Origin: Parcubacteria group bacterium Gr01-1014_31
Lineage (GTDB): Bacteria > Patescibacteriota > Patescibacteriia > Buchananbacterales > GWA2-38-13
Direction: 5' to 3'
NCBI GenBank assembly: GCA_007376135.1
Contig: VMFR01000002.1
Coordinates: 221,870 to 285,869 of the forward strand
Length of the DNA: 64,000 bases
Part shown: positions 1-7,713 of the stretch, in pieces
How the letters are laid out: every line of letters begins with the position of its first letter
Position numbering within the stretch: the stretch's first letter is position 1
Notes under the pieces: generated by a model
Told to the model about the DNA's origin: nothing
Databases searched by the model: none
Seen by the model: only the letters and a program-made list of their open reading frames with translations
Program-made: the position numbers and the translations under genes

Positions 1-9
1 TTTTGACGG

Positions 10-366
10 ATGCCCATGGCTTTGCTAGGGTACGTTCGCGCTGCGGTTTTGCACCTTTTACCATTTATTACGGAGGTACGCGTGGCGAAGTCACGTTCAC
101 CCTACGACCGGGCGGTTCTTGCCCGGCTGACCCAGGAGCTTGATATCGAGCTCCAAAGCATTTTTGCCGGGCTCTTGCAGGCCGCGGATCCTGACGAGGA
201 GGTGCTCGCTATCTTTGCAGGGATGCCGCCGCTCGTGCAGCAGATGCATTTTCGCAAGGCGATTTCCAAGCTCGGCGCGACGTTCACTCCGCAAGCCGGA
301 GAACCCGAACCGGAGGACGCCGAGTCCCCGGAAGAATCCAAAGAGGAGCACGATGAGGAACAGTAA
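10..366 (+). CDS. hypothetical protein with acidic (E/D/P-rich) C-terminal tail; may be a truncated 5' part at window edge
   Basis: ORF track 118 aa; followed by stem-loop plus T-run terminator at 390-415; no recognisable domain. Confidence 0.45.
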   Translation: MPMALLGYVRAAVLHLLPFITEVRVAKSRSPYDRAVLARLTQELDIELQSIFAGLLQAADPDEEVLAIFAGMPPLVQQMHFRKAISKLGATFTPQAGEPEPEDAESPEESKEEHDEEQ

Positions 367-389
367 CCATTCCTCTGCACTCCCCGCAG

Positions 390-415
390 CGTGGCCGCAA
401 GGCCACGTTTTTTTA
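390..415 (+). terminator. rho-independent terminator (CGTGGCC-gcaa-GGCCACG + T8)
   Basis: perfect 7-bp stem, 4-nt loop, TTTTTTTT tail immediately after stop of 10..366. Confidence 0.7.
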
Positions 416-640
416 TTTCCACTCCTCCGCAGCAAGAGAGTTAACGACCGCAGCGAGAAAGGCGTGGAAATAACCCCGCATCAAGGTTGCCGTGTTCAGC
501 GGTGGAGCCATTTTTTTACATCGCGCGGAACAAAAAAACAACCCAGTGCGCGGGGCGGATAGCCCCACTCCGTTGTGGGCGCAGCACTGGGCCGTAACCT
601 GCCTGCAACCTTAGTGCTGGGGTTAATTTTATCGGGATTA
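408..640. repeat. intergenic repeat element copy A (about 230 nt; homologous to 13851-14068 and partial copy 12566-12652)
   Basis: shared 5' block TTTTTTTATTTCC..CGCAGCAAGrGAGTT..CGACCGC..GAAATAACCCCGCA and 3' block TGGGCGCAGC..GTGCTGGGGTT; compensatory stem CCAC/GTGG here vs CCCGC/GCGGG in copy B. Confidence 0.6.
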
Positions 641-649
641 CCCCACTAC

Positions 650-1399
650 TCACGCCACGACGCCGAACATCAGGTACAGGTCGTAGGCGGTGTGGGACAG
701 CGCGACCACGCCGTACCCGCGCGCCACGTACAGCCCCGACAGCAGCAAACTGGACGTGAAGATGGAGATGAGGCCGCCGATGCCAACGGAACCCAGGTGT
801 AACAGCATGAACAGCACCGACGACACCAGCACCGCGCGGGTTGTGGCCGCCGGGTCGTCCCCCAGCGCGCTGCCGGGCTTGGCCCACAGGCGATACAGCA
901 TCGCCAGCAGCAACACCCGGAACAGCAGTTCTTCAAAAATGCCCGCGCCGACGGCGGCAACGATCTTTGCCCAGGCGGAGTCCAGGCCTTGGATGGCGAG
1001 CTGCTGGACCACTCCAGGGTTGGGCGTGAACGTGAAGAAGCGGGGCAAGCTGCGCGACAGCATCACATGCACGAGAATCGCGAGCACGATACCCAACACC
1101 GCCGCTTCCAGGAACATTCCCAGAACATACCGCGGCGTGATGCGTACCCGTTGCCGTTTGAGGTAGATGAGAAAACTGACGGCCAGTCCGCCCACCACGC
1201 CACTCAGCAGCCACGTGCCGTACGATAGCCCGAAGAAGCCGGCGATGGAGGCCAAGGCGATCCGCAACAGCGCGTCGGCGCCGTTCAGGGCGTTCCCCAG
1301 CGCGCCTTGCCAGATGCCGTACTCGTAGAGCGCCAAGAGCGGGAGCGTTGCAACCACACCGTAGCCAAAGCGTTTGGAATCCTGCGCGTAGCTGCTCAT
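650..1399 (-). CDS. CPBP family intramembrane glutamic endopeptidase (CAAX protease / Abi family)
   Basis: multi-TM protein with EELLFRxxL (EExxxR) and later FxxxH/H motifs typical of CPBP; ORF track 650..1504, start trimmed to internal Met (MSSYAQD). Confidence 0.75.
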   Translation of the reverse strand: MSSYAQDSKRFGYGVVATLPLLALYEYGIWQGALGNALNGADALLRIALASIAGFFGLSYGTWLLSGVVGGLAVSFLIYLKRQRVRITPRYVLGMFLEAAVLGIVLAILVHVMLSRSLPRFFTFTPNPGVVQQLAIQGLDSAWAKIVAAVGAGIFEELLFRVLLLAMLYRLWAKPGSALGDDPAATTRAVLVSSVLFMLLHLGSVGIGGLISIFTSSLLLSGLYVARGYGVVALSHTAYDLYLMFGVVA

Positions 1400-1875
1400 C
1401 GTGGTGCGGGGTAGACCACCAGCATCCGCCGTACCCGCAATGCCGTTCGCGACGGAACATCGGTACCGCGGAAGATGAACCAGATGCGGCGGAAGGTGGT
1501 CCATGGTATCCGCCGGACAAGGCCGCCATCAGGGTCATGGAGGGTCAGGGTTCCCTTCGCGACATTCGCAACCACGGCAAAGTGGCTTTCATCACCGGAA
1601 AACCAGTCGACGATGACCGGTATGCGGCGTATCACTACCCAGCGCCGCAGGTCGGCCAGTGTCGCGTGGTCTTTGATGTTCCCCGTTAGGCCGAGACCGC
1701 GTGCCGCGCCTAATAATCGTTCGGCCGTCACGCCGCGAGCGCGCGTGCACCGTGACTGTCGCGCCAATTCCGTTTCCGTTTTTTTGATGTCAAAATACGC
1801 CAGCACCATCCGAAGCGCGGTGGGGCCGCAGTAGCCGGGGGTTTGGCGGTAGACAGGCAGGCGGCGCATCGTCAT
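1396..1875 (-). CDS. peptidase C39-like domain protein (papain-like cysteine peptidase)
   Basis: motif YRQTPGYCGPTALRMVLAYFDI (Q...CG.A.L.M) typical of C39-like peptidases; start ATG overlaps stop of upstream M23 gene in ATGA arrangement; ORF track 1396..2010 trimmed. Confidence 0.65.
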   Translation of the reverse strand: MTMRRLPVYRQTPGYCGPTALRMVLAYFDIKKTETELARQSRCTRARGVTAERLLGAARGLGLTGNIKDHATLADLRRWVVIRRIPVIVDWFSGDESHFAVVANVAKGTLTLHDPDGGLVRRIPWTTFRRIWFIFRGTDVPSRTALRVRRMLVVYPAPR

Positions 1876-2981
1876 TGGTTGAAGCGTAACGTGCCGAGAA
1901 GGTCGCTGTACACGGCTGTTGGCAGCGTCGGATTTTGCGCCACCACGTAGAACACCGACCGGCCGGGATTGGCGCGCAGGTCGGTCACGATATGCCGCGC
2001 GTTTCTCCACGCTGGCTGGTACGGAAAATCCGGCACTTCCGGTTTTTTCTCAAGGTCGTAGCGGATGAGGTCGTAGCCGTTGATCTGGCCATCCTTGGTT
2101 TGGTGGATGGTGACCGTATCGAGCGTGAGGAAGGTATCGGCGGTGAACGTACGGATAAACACGTTGGAACGCGCGCGGGCAATACCCTTTCCGGTGAGCG
2201 TAAAAAGATTGAGCGATTGGATCTGCGGCACGTACTCCACGGCCCAGCCGGCGGGCAGCTGAAAACTCATGCCGTCGAACGTCGGGTGCGGGGCGGGCGT
2301 ACCATTGGCGCCGTAGCGGATCTCGCGGGCGGGTGGTAGCACATCCAATCCTTTCGCGAGGAAGAAATCCGTCGGGTTCAGATAGTCGCCCAGCGCTGCT
2401 TCAGTTTGGGCATAGCCAGCCAGTTTTTCTCCGTCGCCATCCCATAAATGAAAGTGGAGGTGCTTGCGCTCGCCGTCGGTTTCCGAAGATTTGTGGTCGC
2501 CGAGTATTGCGATCTGCTCGCCCGCCTTTACCTTGGTGCCCGTCGCTCTGGCGGAGTTCAGGTCCAGGTGGCCATAGAGGGCGGAAACCGTTCTTCCCGC
2601 CACCGTGTGGCGGATGATGAGCATGCCGCCGTAGCCATTCACCCGCCGCGCGGCAACCACCTCGCCGTCGGCGATGGCAAAGACCGGCACGTCTTTGGAA
2701 ATGTCCGCGTACTCAATATCGTCGCCCGTATGGTAGCCGCGGAAGCGGTCCTGTACATACTGGCCGTAGACTTTGAAGGTGCGCCGCTCGCGATAGCCGG
2801 CGATGGGCAGGACGACCGCGGTGCTGGGGATGGGCGAGGGTTGTGGCGTTGCGGTCGGCTGCAATGCAGGGGTTGCCGACGGTCCGGGGGTGACGGTTGG
2901 CGAAACGACCGTCTGCCGATTTGCCGGCACGCAACCGGCGGTAAAGATAACGATGAGGGCGGCAAGTATTATTTTTTTCAT
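1872..2981 (-). CDS. M23 family metallopeptidase, lipoprotein (signal peptide with lipobox TAGC)
   Basis: N-term MKKIILAALIVIFTAGC; M23 motifs YHTGDD (HxxxD) and HLHFHLW (HxH); Pro/Thr-rich linker. Confidence 0.85.
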   Translation of the reverse strand: MKKIILAALIVIFTAGCVPANRQTVVSPTVTPGPSATPALQPTATPQPSPIPSTAVVLPIAGYRERRTFKVYGQYVQDRFRGYHTGDDIEYADISKDVPVFAIADGEVVAARRVNGYGGMLIIRHTVAGRTVSALYGHLDLNSARATGTKVKAGEQIAILGDHKSSETDGERKHLHFHLWDGDGEKLAGYAQTEAALGDYLNPTDFFLAKGLDVLPPAREIRYGANGTPAPHPTFDGMSFQLPAGWAVEYVPQIQSLNLFTLTGKGIARARSNVFIRTFTADTFLTLDTVTIHQTKDGQINGYDLIRYDLEKKPEVPDFPYQPAWRNARHIVTDLRANPGRSVFYVVAQNPTLPTAVYSDLLGTLRFNQ

Positions 2982-3117
2982 ATCTTGAGACCGTGAAAAA
3001 ACATGGCTATTCTTCTAGCGGAGCGAAGCGGAGTCGAGAAGTGAGCAAATTTTTTTGCTTCTCGACAATCTCGAAGAATAAAATTTTGTTGTGGTGTTCA
3101 TTTTTCAACCACTCATC

Positions 3118-4836
3118 TTACTTGGGGGGAGGGGCTATGAGTTGCGGGAAACGTGTTGCCGGAATGGTCCAAAGCGTAAATTGCGGGTCGGCGGCAGTAC
3201 CGATGACCGCGGTGGGCGTGCTGGAGGCAAGCCCGAGCTGTTGGGCAAACCACTCCGCGCTTTCGGTTCTCTTCTCGGTCGTCCGCTCCAAGAGCGTGTT
3301 GCCGACGACCAGTAGCACCTGGGTGCCGGTGGCCTGCGGCACAAGCGCAGCAAATTGGCCTTCCTCCAGGGCGGTTTTCAGCCCGTCCGTGGAAATCGCG
3401 GTCCAGCCGTGGTAGAGCGTGCGCCGCAGAAAGTACCACAGCGGGGTCGGCCAGGCCAGGTCGGCGTCGTAGGCGATGACCAGCGGCTTCATGGTTTTGT
3501 CGCGGTCGCGCGCATAGCCGCGGTCAATAGCTTTTTGCAGTACGGGGTACTGGACGCTGGCAGCTTGCCGGGGTTTGAATCCATCTACTTGCTGTCGCAG
3601 GATGTCATCCAGCTGTTGGTAGCCGAAGCTGCCGCTGTCGCGCCGCAGGATGGAAAAACTCCACCGGTTACCTGATAGGTAGCTGTCGGAAAATGTATTG
3701 ACCCAGGTGTAATAGCCGTCGTAGCCGACCAGCAGGAATAGTCCAGCGACCAGCGCCGGGCGTCCCCATCCCGGCAGCCGCGGGAAAATTTCCGTCCCGG
3801 CAACGGCGACGGCAAGCAGGAGCCACGGCGCCAGCAGCACCAAAAAACGCGGGCTGGGACCGATGACCAACAGGAGCAGCGCGGTCCAAATGATTCCTAA
3901 GAGCACAAAGGCCGCAGGTTTTTGTCTCCAGACGAAGAGCAAAATGAAAATAGCGAGCGCGGCGGCGGCAATCAGTACGGGCGATGCCGTCTGCCAGAGC
4001 GTCGGCGCGAAATTCGCCAGGCGTTCCGCCATGGTTCCTATCTCCTTGCCCGGCAAATGCCGCCACGCGGGCACATCAATACCCAGTAGCGTGGACAGCT
4101 GCAGGTCAAAGTGCTTGCGGTCCAGGTACAGCGCGACGTTGTAGATGGTCAGCGGCAGCGTGACCAACCCCTGCAATCCTTGGCCGATCCAGAACGGCTT
4201 GGCGTAAAACGCGCGGCGTTCGAACAGGAGCAGGTAGGAAATGGCGAGCGGCAGAAAGAAAACGACCGTGTACTTGGACATGAGCGCCAGGCCGTACACC
4301 GTCCAGACGGCGTACCACAGCCGCGGCCGTTCCAGCGCGCACAGGAACAGGTAGACTGCCCACAGCAGCATCGCGAGCGTCACACTTTCCTGCAGGCCGA
4401 GCCGCGACGGCCATACGAGATAGAGTTCCGTCGCGCCCAGCGCGGCCGCGCAAAGTCCTGCAGCATTGCTCTTCAGTTTGCGGCCAAGCACATAGAGCAG
4501 GTAGATGACCGCAATGCCGGCGATGGCGGAGGGCATGCGCAACCCCCAAGCGTTCTCGCCAAACATTCGCAGCGAGAAATGCTGCAGCACGAACGTCAGC
4601 GGCGGGTGATCGTGGAAAGAGAGGTACGCCCACCAGGGCTGCACATCGTACCACTCGGCGGGCGTTCCTTGCGCCTGCGTGCCCAGGAAGTCCAGGTAGC
4701 CCAGCGACCGGATGCCGTAGAACGCTTCGTCGGTCACCACGTCGGCATGGCCCAGCTGCCAGAACCGCAAAAATCCGGCCACCAGGAGGATGGAGAGCAA
4801 AATGAGGGTCGAGCTTTTTGGCTTGACGCGGGTCAT
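3118..4836 (-). CDS. GT39/ArnT-like (PMT_2) membrane glycosyltransferase
   Basis: polytopic membrane protein, N-terminal LRFWQLG...VVTDEAFYG motif (DEx[RY]) typical of ArnT/PMT family; start placed at MTRVKPKS (ORF track extends to 5166 through GC-rich non-coding frame). Confidence 0.75.
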   Translation of the reverse strand: MTRVKPKSSTLILLSILLVAGFLRFWQLGHADVVTDEAFYGIRSLGYLDFLGTQAQGTPAEWYDVQPWWAYLSFHDHPPLTFVLQHFSLRMFGENAWGLRMPSAIAGIAVIYLLYVLGRKLKSNAAGLCAAALGATELYLVWPSRLGLQESVTLAMLLWAVYLFLCALERPRLWYAVWTVYGLALMSKYTVVFFLPLAISYLLLFERRAFYAKPFWIGQGLQGLVTLPLTIYNVALYLDRKHFDLQLSTLLGIDVPAWRHLPGKEIGTMAERLANFAPTLWQTASPVLIAAAALAIFILLFVWRQKPAAFVLLGIIWTALLLLVIGPSPRFLVLLAPWLLLAVAVAGTEIFPRLPGWGRPALVAGLFLLVGYDGYYTWVNTFSDSYLSGNRWSFSILRRDSGSFGYQQLDDILRQQVDGFKPRQAASVQYPVLQKAIDRGYARDRDKTMKPLVIAYDADLAWPTPLWYFLRRTLYHGWTAISTDGLKTALEEGQFAALVPQATGTQVLLVVGNTLLERTTEKRTESAEWFAQQLGLASSTPTAVIGTAADPQFTLWTIPATRFPQLIAPPPK

Positions 4837-4978
4837 GCGAGAGTAATGATAGCAACCGTTGCAGCTCTTGGCGAAAAAATCAGCAAGTGTTTCCCTTGAC
4901 AATTTCTGGTTTTTCCTGTAGTGTTGACTATTCGTGTCGTTTTTTTGACAACCCCAACCGTTCCAAGGATCAGATACC

Positions 4979-5836
4979 ATGCGAAACGCCATTTCGCTCC
5001 TTGTGTTACTAACGATGACGTCGTCTGCCGCCGGGCAGGATCCGCCACCGGCACCCTCCGCGCCATCGCCCGCGGTGCCTGAACCAGCGCCTCCCGTGTG
5101 GGATTGGCGCGACCCGTTGCTCTCCGACGGCCCCCGCTGGCAGCCGCACGGCCGCGTCTCCTTCACGCTCCAGCAGCGCTACCTTGCGCTGAGGGTTTCG
5201 CGGTCGCTACACGATTCGTGGCAACTGTGGACCGACGCGTCGTTCGACCTGCCCCAGGGATTTTACCTTGGTTTGTGGCACTACATGGGCTTGGACGACA
5301 ACGACCTGTCTTCCAACGGCGGTGACGAGCTTGATCCCTACCTGGGCTGGAAAGGAACGATCGCCAGTCTGGACTTTCGCTTGGAAACCATCTACTTCAA
5401 CCTCCACCCCGTGGAACACTGGTATCGCGGCGATACCTGGGCTCAATCCTCGGCCGTGTCCAAAAAGTTCGACCTGTCCGCGGACCACACGCTTCGTTTG
5501 GAGGTCCAAGTTGACTGGTTGTCCAAGGCCGACGATTTTTCCAATGGCGCGTTGGTCCTACTGCCCAATGCCACTCACGAGTGGCAAGCTCCGTTCGGTA
5601 TCAACACGCTCATGTTCAGCCAAAAAACCTGGCTGGCGTGGGATGATGGATTCGACGGTCCCGGCAATAGTTCCGATGGACTTTTCCTCCGCTACAACGC
5701 GGGACTGCACTGGGAGCTCAAACCGGATATCACCCTGATGTTTCCCGGCTTTACCGCGCTGATAGCGCTCACCGATCCTCACGACGGCCGTGAAAGCGCC
5801 GTGGCCCTGAATTTCGGCCTGAAGTTCAGTTTCTAG
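4979..5836 (+). CDS. secreted protein, putative outer-membrane beta-barrel (MipA/OmpV-like?)
   Basis: signal peptide MRNAISLLVLLTMTSSAAG; Pro-rich linker; C-terminus ...ALNFGLKFSF ends in Phe with alternating hydrophobics (OMP beta-signal). Confidence 0.55.
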   Translation: MRNAISLLVLLTMTSSAAGQDPPPAPSAPSPAVPEPAPPVWDWRDPLLSDGPRWQPHGRVSFTLQQRYLALRVSRSLHDSWQLWTDASFDLPQGFYLGLWHYMGLDDNDLSSNGGDELDPYLGWKGTIASLDFRLETIYFNLHPVEHWYRGDTWAQSSAVSKKFDLSADHTLRLEVQVDWLSKADDFSNGALVLLPNATHEWQAPFGINTLMFSQKTWLAWDDGFDGPGNSSDGLFLRYNAGLHWELKPDITLMFPGFTALIALTDPHDGRESAVALNFGLKFSF

Positions 5837-5866
5837 CGGCCACCGCACGTTACTTTAGTAATCCGC

Positions 5867-5899
5867 AAGAGCGCCCGCCGGCGCTCTTTCCTTTTTACC
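5867..5899 (+). terminator. rho-independent terminator (AAGAGCGCC-cgcc-GGCGCTCTT + T-rich tail)
   Basis: perfect 9-bp stem then TTCCTTTTTACC. Confidence 0.7.
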
Positions 5900-5928
5900 G
5901 TTGATTGTTATGATGACGGTTATTATCC

Positions 5929-7179
5929 ATGCAAACTTTTGTCCGCAAGAATCCGCTCGCCGTCATCTTTTTGACGGTTTTTGTTGACCTACTGGGGTAC
6001 GGCATCCTTATTCCGGTGGTGCCGCTGCTGCTGACCGACCCGGTCTCGCCGTACTACCTGTTGCCGGCCGGCTGGTCGGTCGGGCAGGGCTATTTTTTGT
6101 TGGGCGTGCTGCTCGCGACCTACCCGTTGGGGCAATTTTTTGCCGCTCCCATCCTGGGTCAATTGTCCGACCAGTTCGGCCGCAAGAGAATCCTTGCCGT
6201 GTCGCTGGCCGGCACGTGTCTGGGCTATGTGCTCTTCGCGGTCGGGGTCGTTTTGCACAACATACCCTTGCTGTTTGCGTCGCGCCTGCTGGACGGGTTG
6301 ACGGGCGGTAATTTCGCCGTCGCGATGGCGTCCATAGCCGATGTCAGCAAACCCGAGCACCGCGCCAAGAACTTCGGGCTCATCGGCGCGGCGTTCGGCC
6401 TCGGGTTCATCCTCGGGCCGTACTTGGGCGGCAAGCTGTCCGACCCGAATGTTCTCGTCTGGTTTTCCGCCTCGACGCCATTCTGGTTTGCCGCCGGTTT
6501 GAGCCTGCTCAACATCATCTCCATTCTTGCGTTCTTTCCCGAGACCCACCAGACGCGCGCTCCCTGGTCGGCCTTGGATTGGGGAAAGTCGGTGAAGAAT
6601 ATTTTTGCCGCGTTCAAAATACCGGGCGTGCAACTGCTGTTTGCAACGACGTTCCTCATCAACGCCGGTTTCACGTTCTTCATCACCTTCTTCAGCGTGT
6701 TTATGATCAAGCGGTTCGGGTTCCAGCAGGGCGAGATCGGGGATTTTTTCTCGTACATCGGCCTGTGGATCGTCATTACACAGGGAATCATCGTGCGGCA
6801 GCTCGCCGGTCGTTTCCCCGAGGCAAGCATTCTGAAGTTCAGCATTCCGGTGCTTGGCGTGGCGGTCCTGCTGCACTTTTTGCCGAACGGGTGGTCCGGG
6901 CTGCTGCTCGTTGCCCCGGTGCTGGCGGTTGCCAACGGACTGACCCAGGCCAATCTTTCCGCGCTCATCAGCCGTTCGGTGGGGCCCGAGGTCCAAGGCG
7001 AGGTAATGGGCATTACGTCCAGTTTGGCGGCGGTGGCGCAAACCGTCCCGCCGCTGCTGTCTGGGGTCATCGCCGCGGCGCTGTCCCCGGCCGCGCCCAT
7101 TGCGGTCGGCGCCCTGGTGCTGCTCCTGGCGGGTGTGCTGTTTACCCTGCACTACCGCCCCGCCGCGGTATCAACTTAA
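5929..7179 (+). CDS. MFS transporter (drug:H+ antiporter-like)
   Basis: 12 predicted TMs; MFS motif A GQLSDQFGRKRIL between TM2-3. Confidence 0.85.
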   Translation: MQTFVRKNPLAVIFLTVFVDLLGYGILIPVVPLLLTDPVSPYYLLPAGWSVGQGYFLLGVLLATYPLGQFFAAPILGQLSDQFGRKRILAVSLAGTCLGYVLFAVGVVLHNIPLLFASRLLDGLTGGNFAVAMASIADVSKPEHRAKNFGLIGAAFGLGFILGPYLGGKLSDPNVLVWFSASTPFWFAAGLSLLNIISILAFFPETHQTRAPWSALDWGKSVKNIFAAFKIPGVQLLFATTFLINAGFTFFITFFSVFMIKRFGFQQGEIGDFFSYIGLWIVITQGIIVRQLAGRFPEASILKFSIPVLGVAVLLHFLPNGWSGLLLVAPVLAVANGLTQANLSALISRSVGPEVQGEVMGITSSLAAVAQTVPPLLSGVIAAALSPAAPIAVGALVLLLAGVLFTLHYRPAAVST

Positions 7180-7190
7180 CGCGCAATCAA

Positions 7191-7267
7191 AACCATTCTC
7201 TAATTCCCCGTCATTCGACGGGCAGGCGCGCTCGCCCCGCCATCGGCGGGGAATTAGAGAATGGTTA
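7191..7267. repeat. perfect 20-bp inverted repeat (AACCATTCTCTAATTCCCCG ... CGGGGAATTAGAGAATGGTT) with 37-nt loop
   Basis: seen directly; followed by classical terminator 7277-7307 (ACCGGC-tctgattg-GCCGGT + T7) and a third hairpin GGGAGGATGG/CCATCCTCCC at about 7315-7344. Confidence 0.7.
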
Positions 7268-7276
7268 CGGTCAATA

Positions 7277-7307
7277 AAACCGGCTCTGATTGGCCGGTGT
7301 TTTTTTA
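7277..7307 (+). terminator. rho-independent terminator downstream of MFS gene
   Basis: AAAACCGGCtctgattgGCCGGTGTTTTTTT. Confidence 0.7.
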
Positions 7308-7713
7308 AAAAAAGGGGGAGGATGGGGGTGAGGACCATCCTCCCGAAACGAGAAAAGGAGTGAACCGAAAGGACGGAGCGCGTCAGGGGACGGTTTCAGC
7401 AACCGTAATGGTTTCCTCGATGACGAGGATACCTTCGACGGACGTGCCGTTGGTGGGCGGCGGGCCAGGGCCGGCCGCAGCATTTGCATTGGGTGATACA
7501 TCCACGATGTATCCACAGCGTTCTCATATATAGGCAAACCCCCAGTCATGGGTGAACATCATCCACCCTCGGCATTTGATACACCACATCGGGCATCACC
7601 TCCTCGGGTGTGATTGTCAATGAAGCGAAAAATAGACGCCAATCGACTGTTTCCATTGTATAACCAACACCGCCGGTCGGGAACGCCGGCGGTGTCAAGA
7701 GGTTGGTCTGTCG

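Noticed and set aside
3118-5166. Full 682-aa extent of the GT39 ORF, and similar long N-terminal extensions (650..1504, 52743..54023, 16254..17348, 15761..16585, 19050..20345, 39684..40598)
   Set aside because: The upstream portions are G/R-rich, overlap neighbouring genes or regulatory repeats, and the family-conserved N-termini begin at internal Met codons; starts were trimmed accordingly.
5989-7152. 387-aa minus-strand ORF (and 6225..7100) antisense to the MFS transporter
   Set aside because: Arg/Gly/Pro/Gln-rich composition typical of antisense frames in high-GC DNA; the plus-strand MFS gene has clear family motifs.
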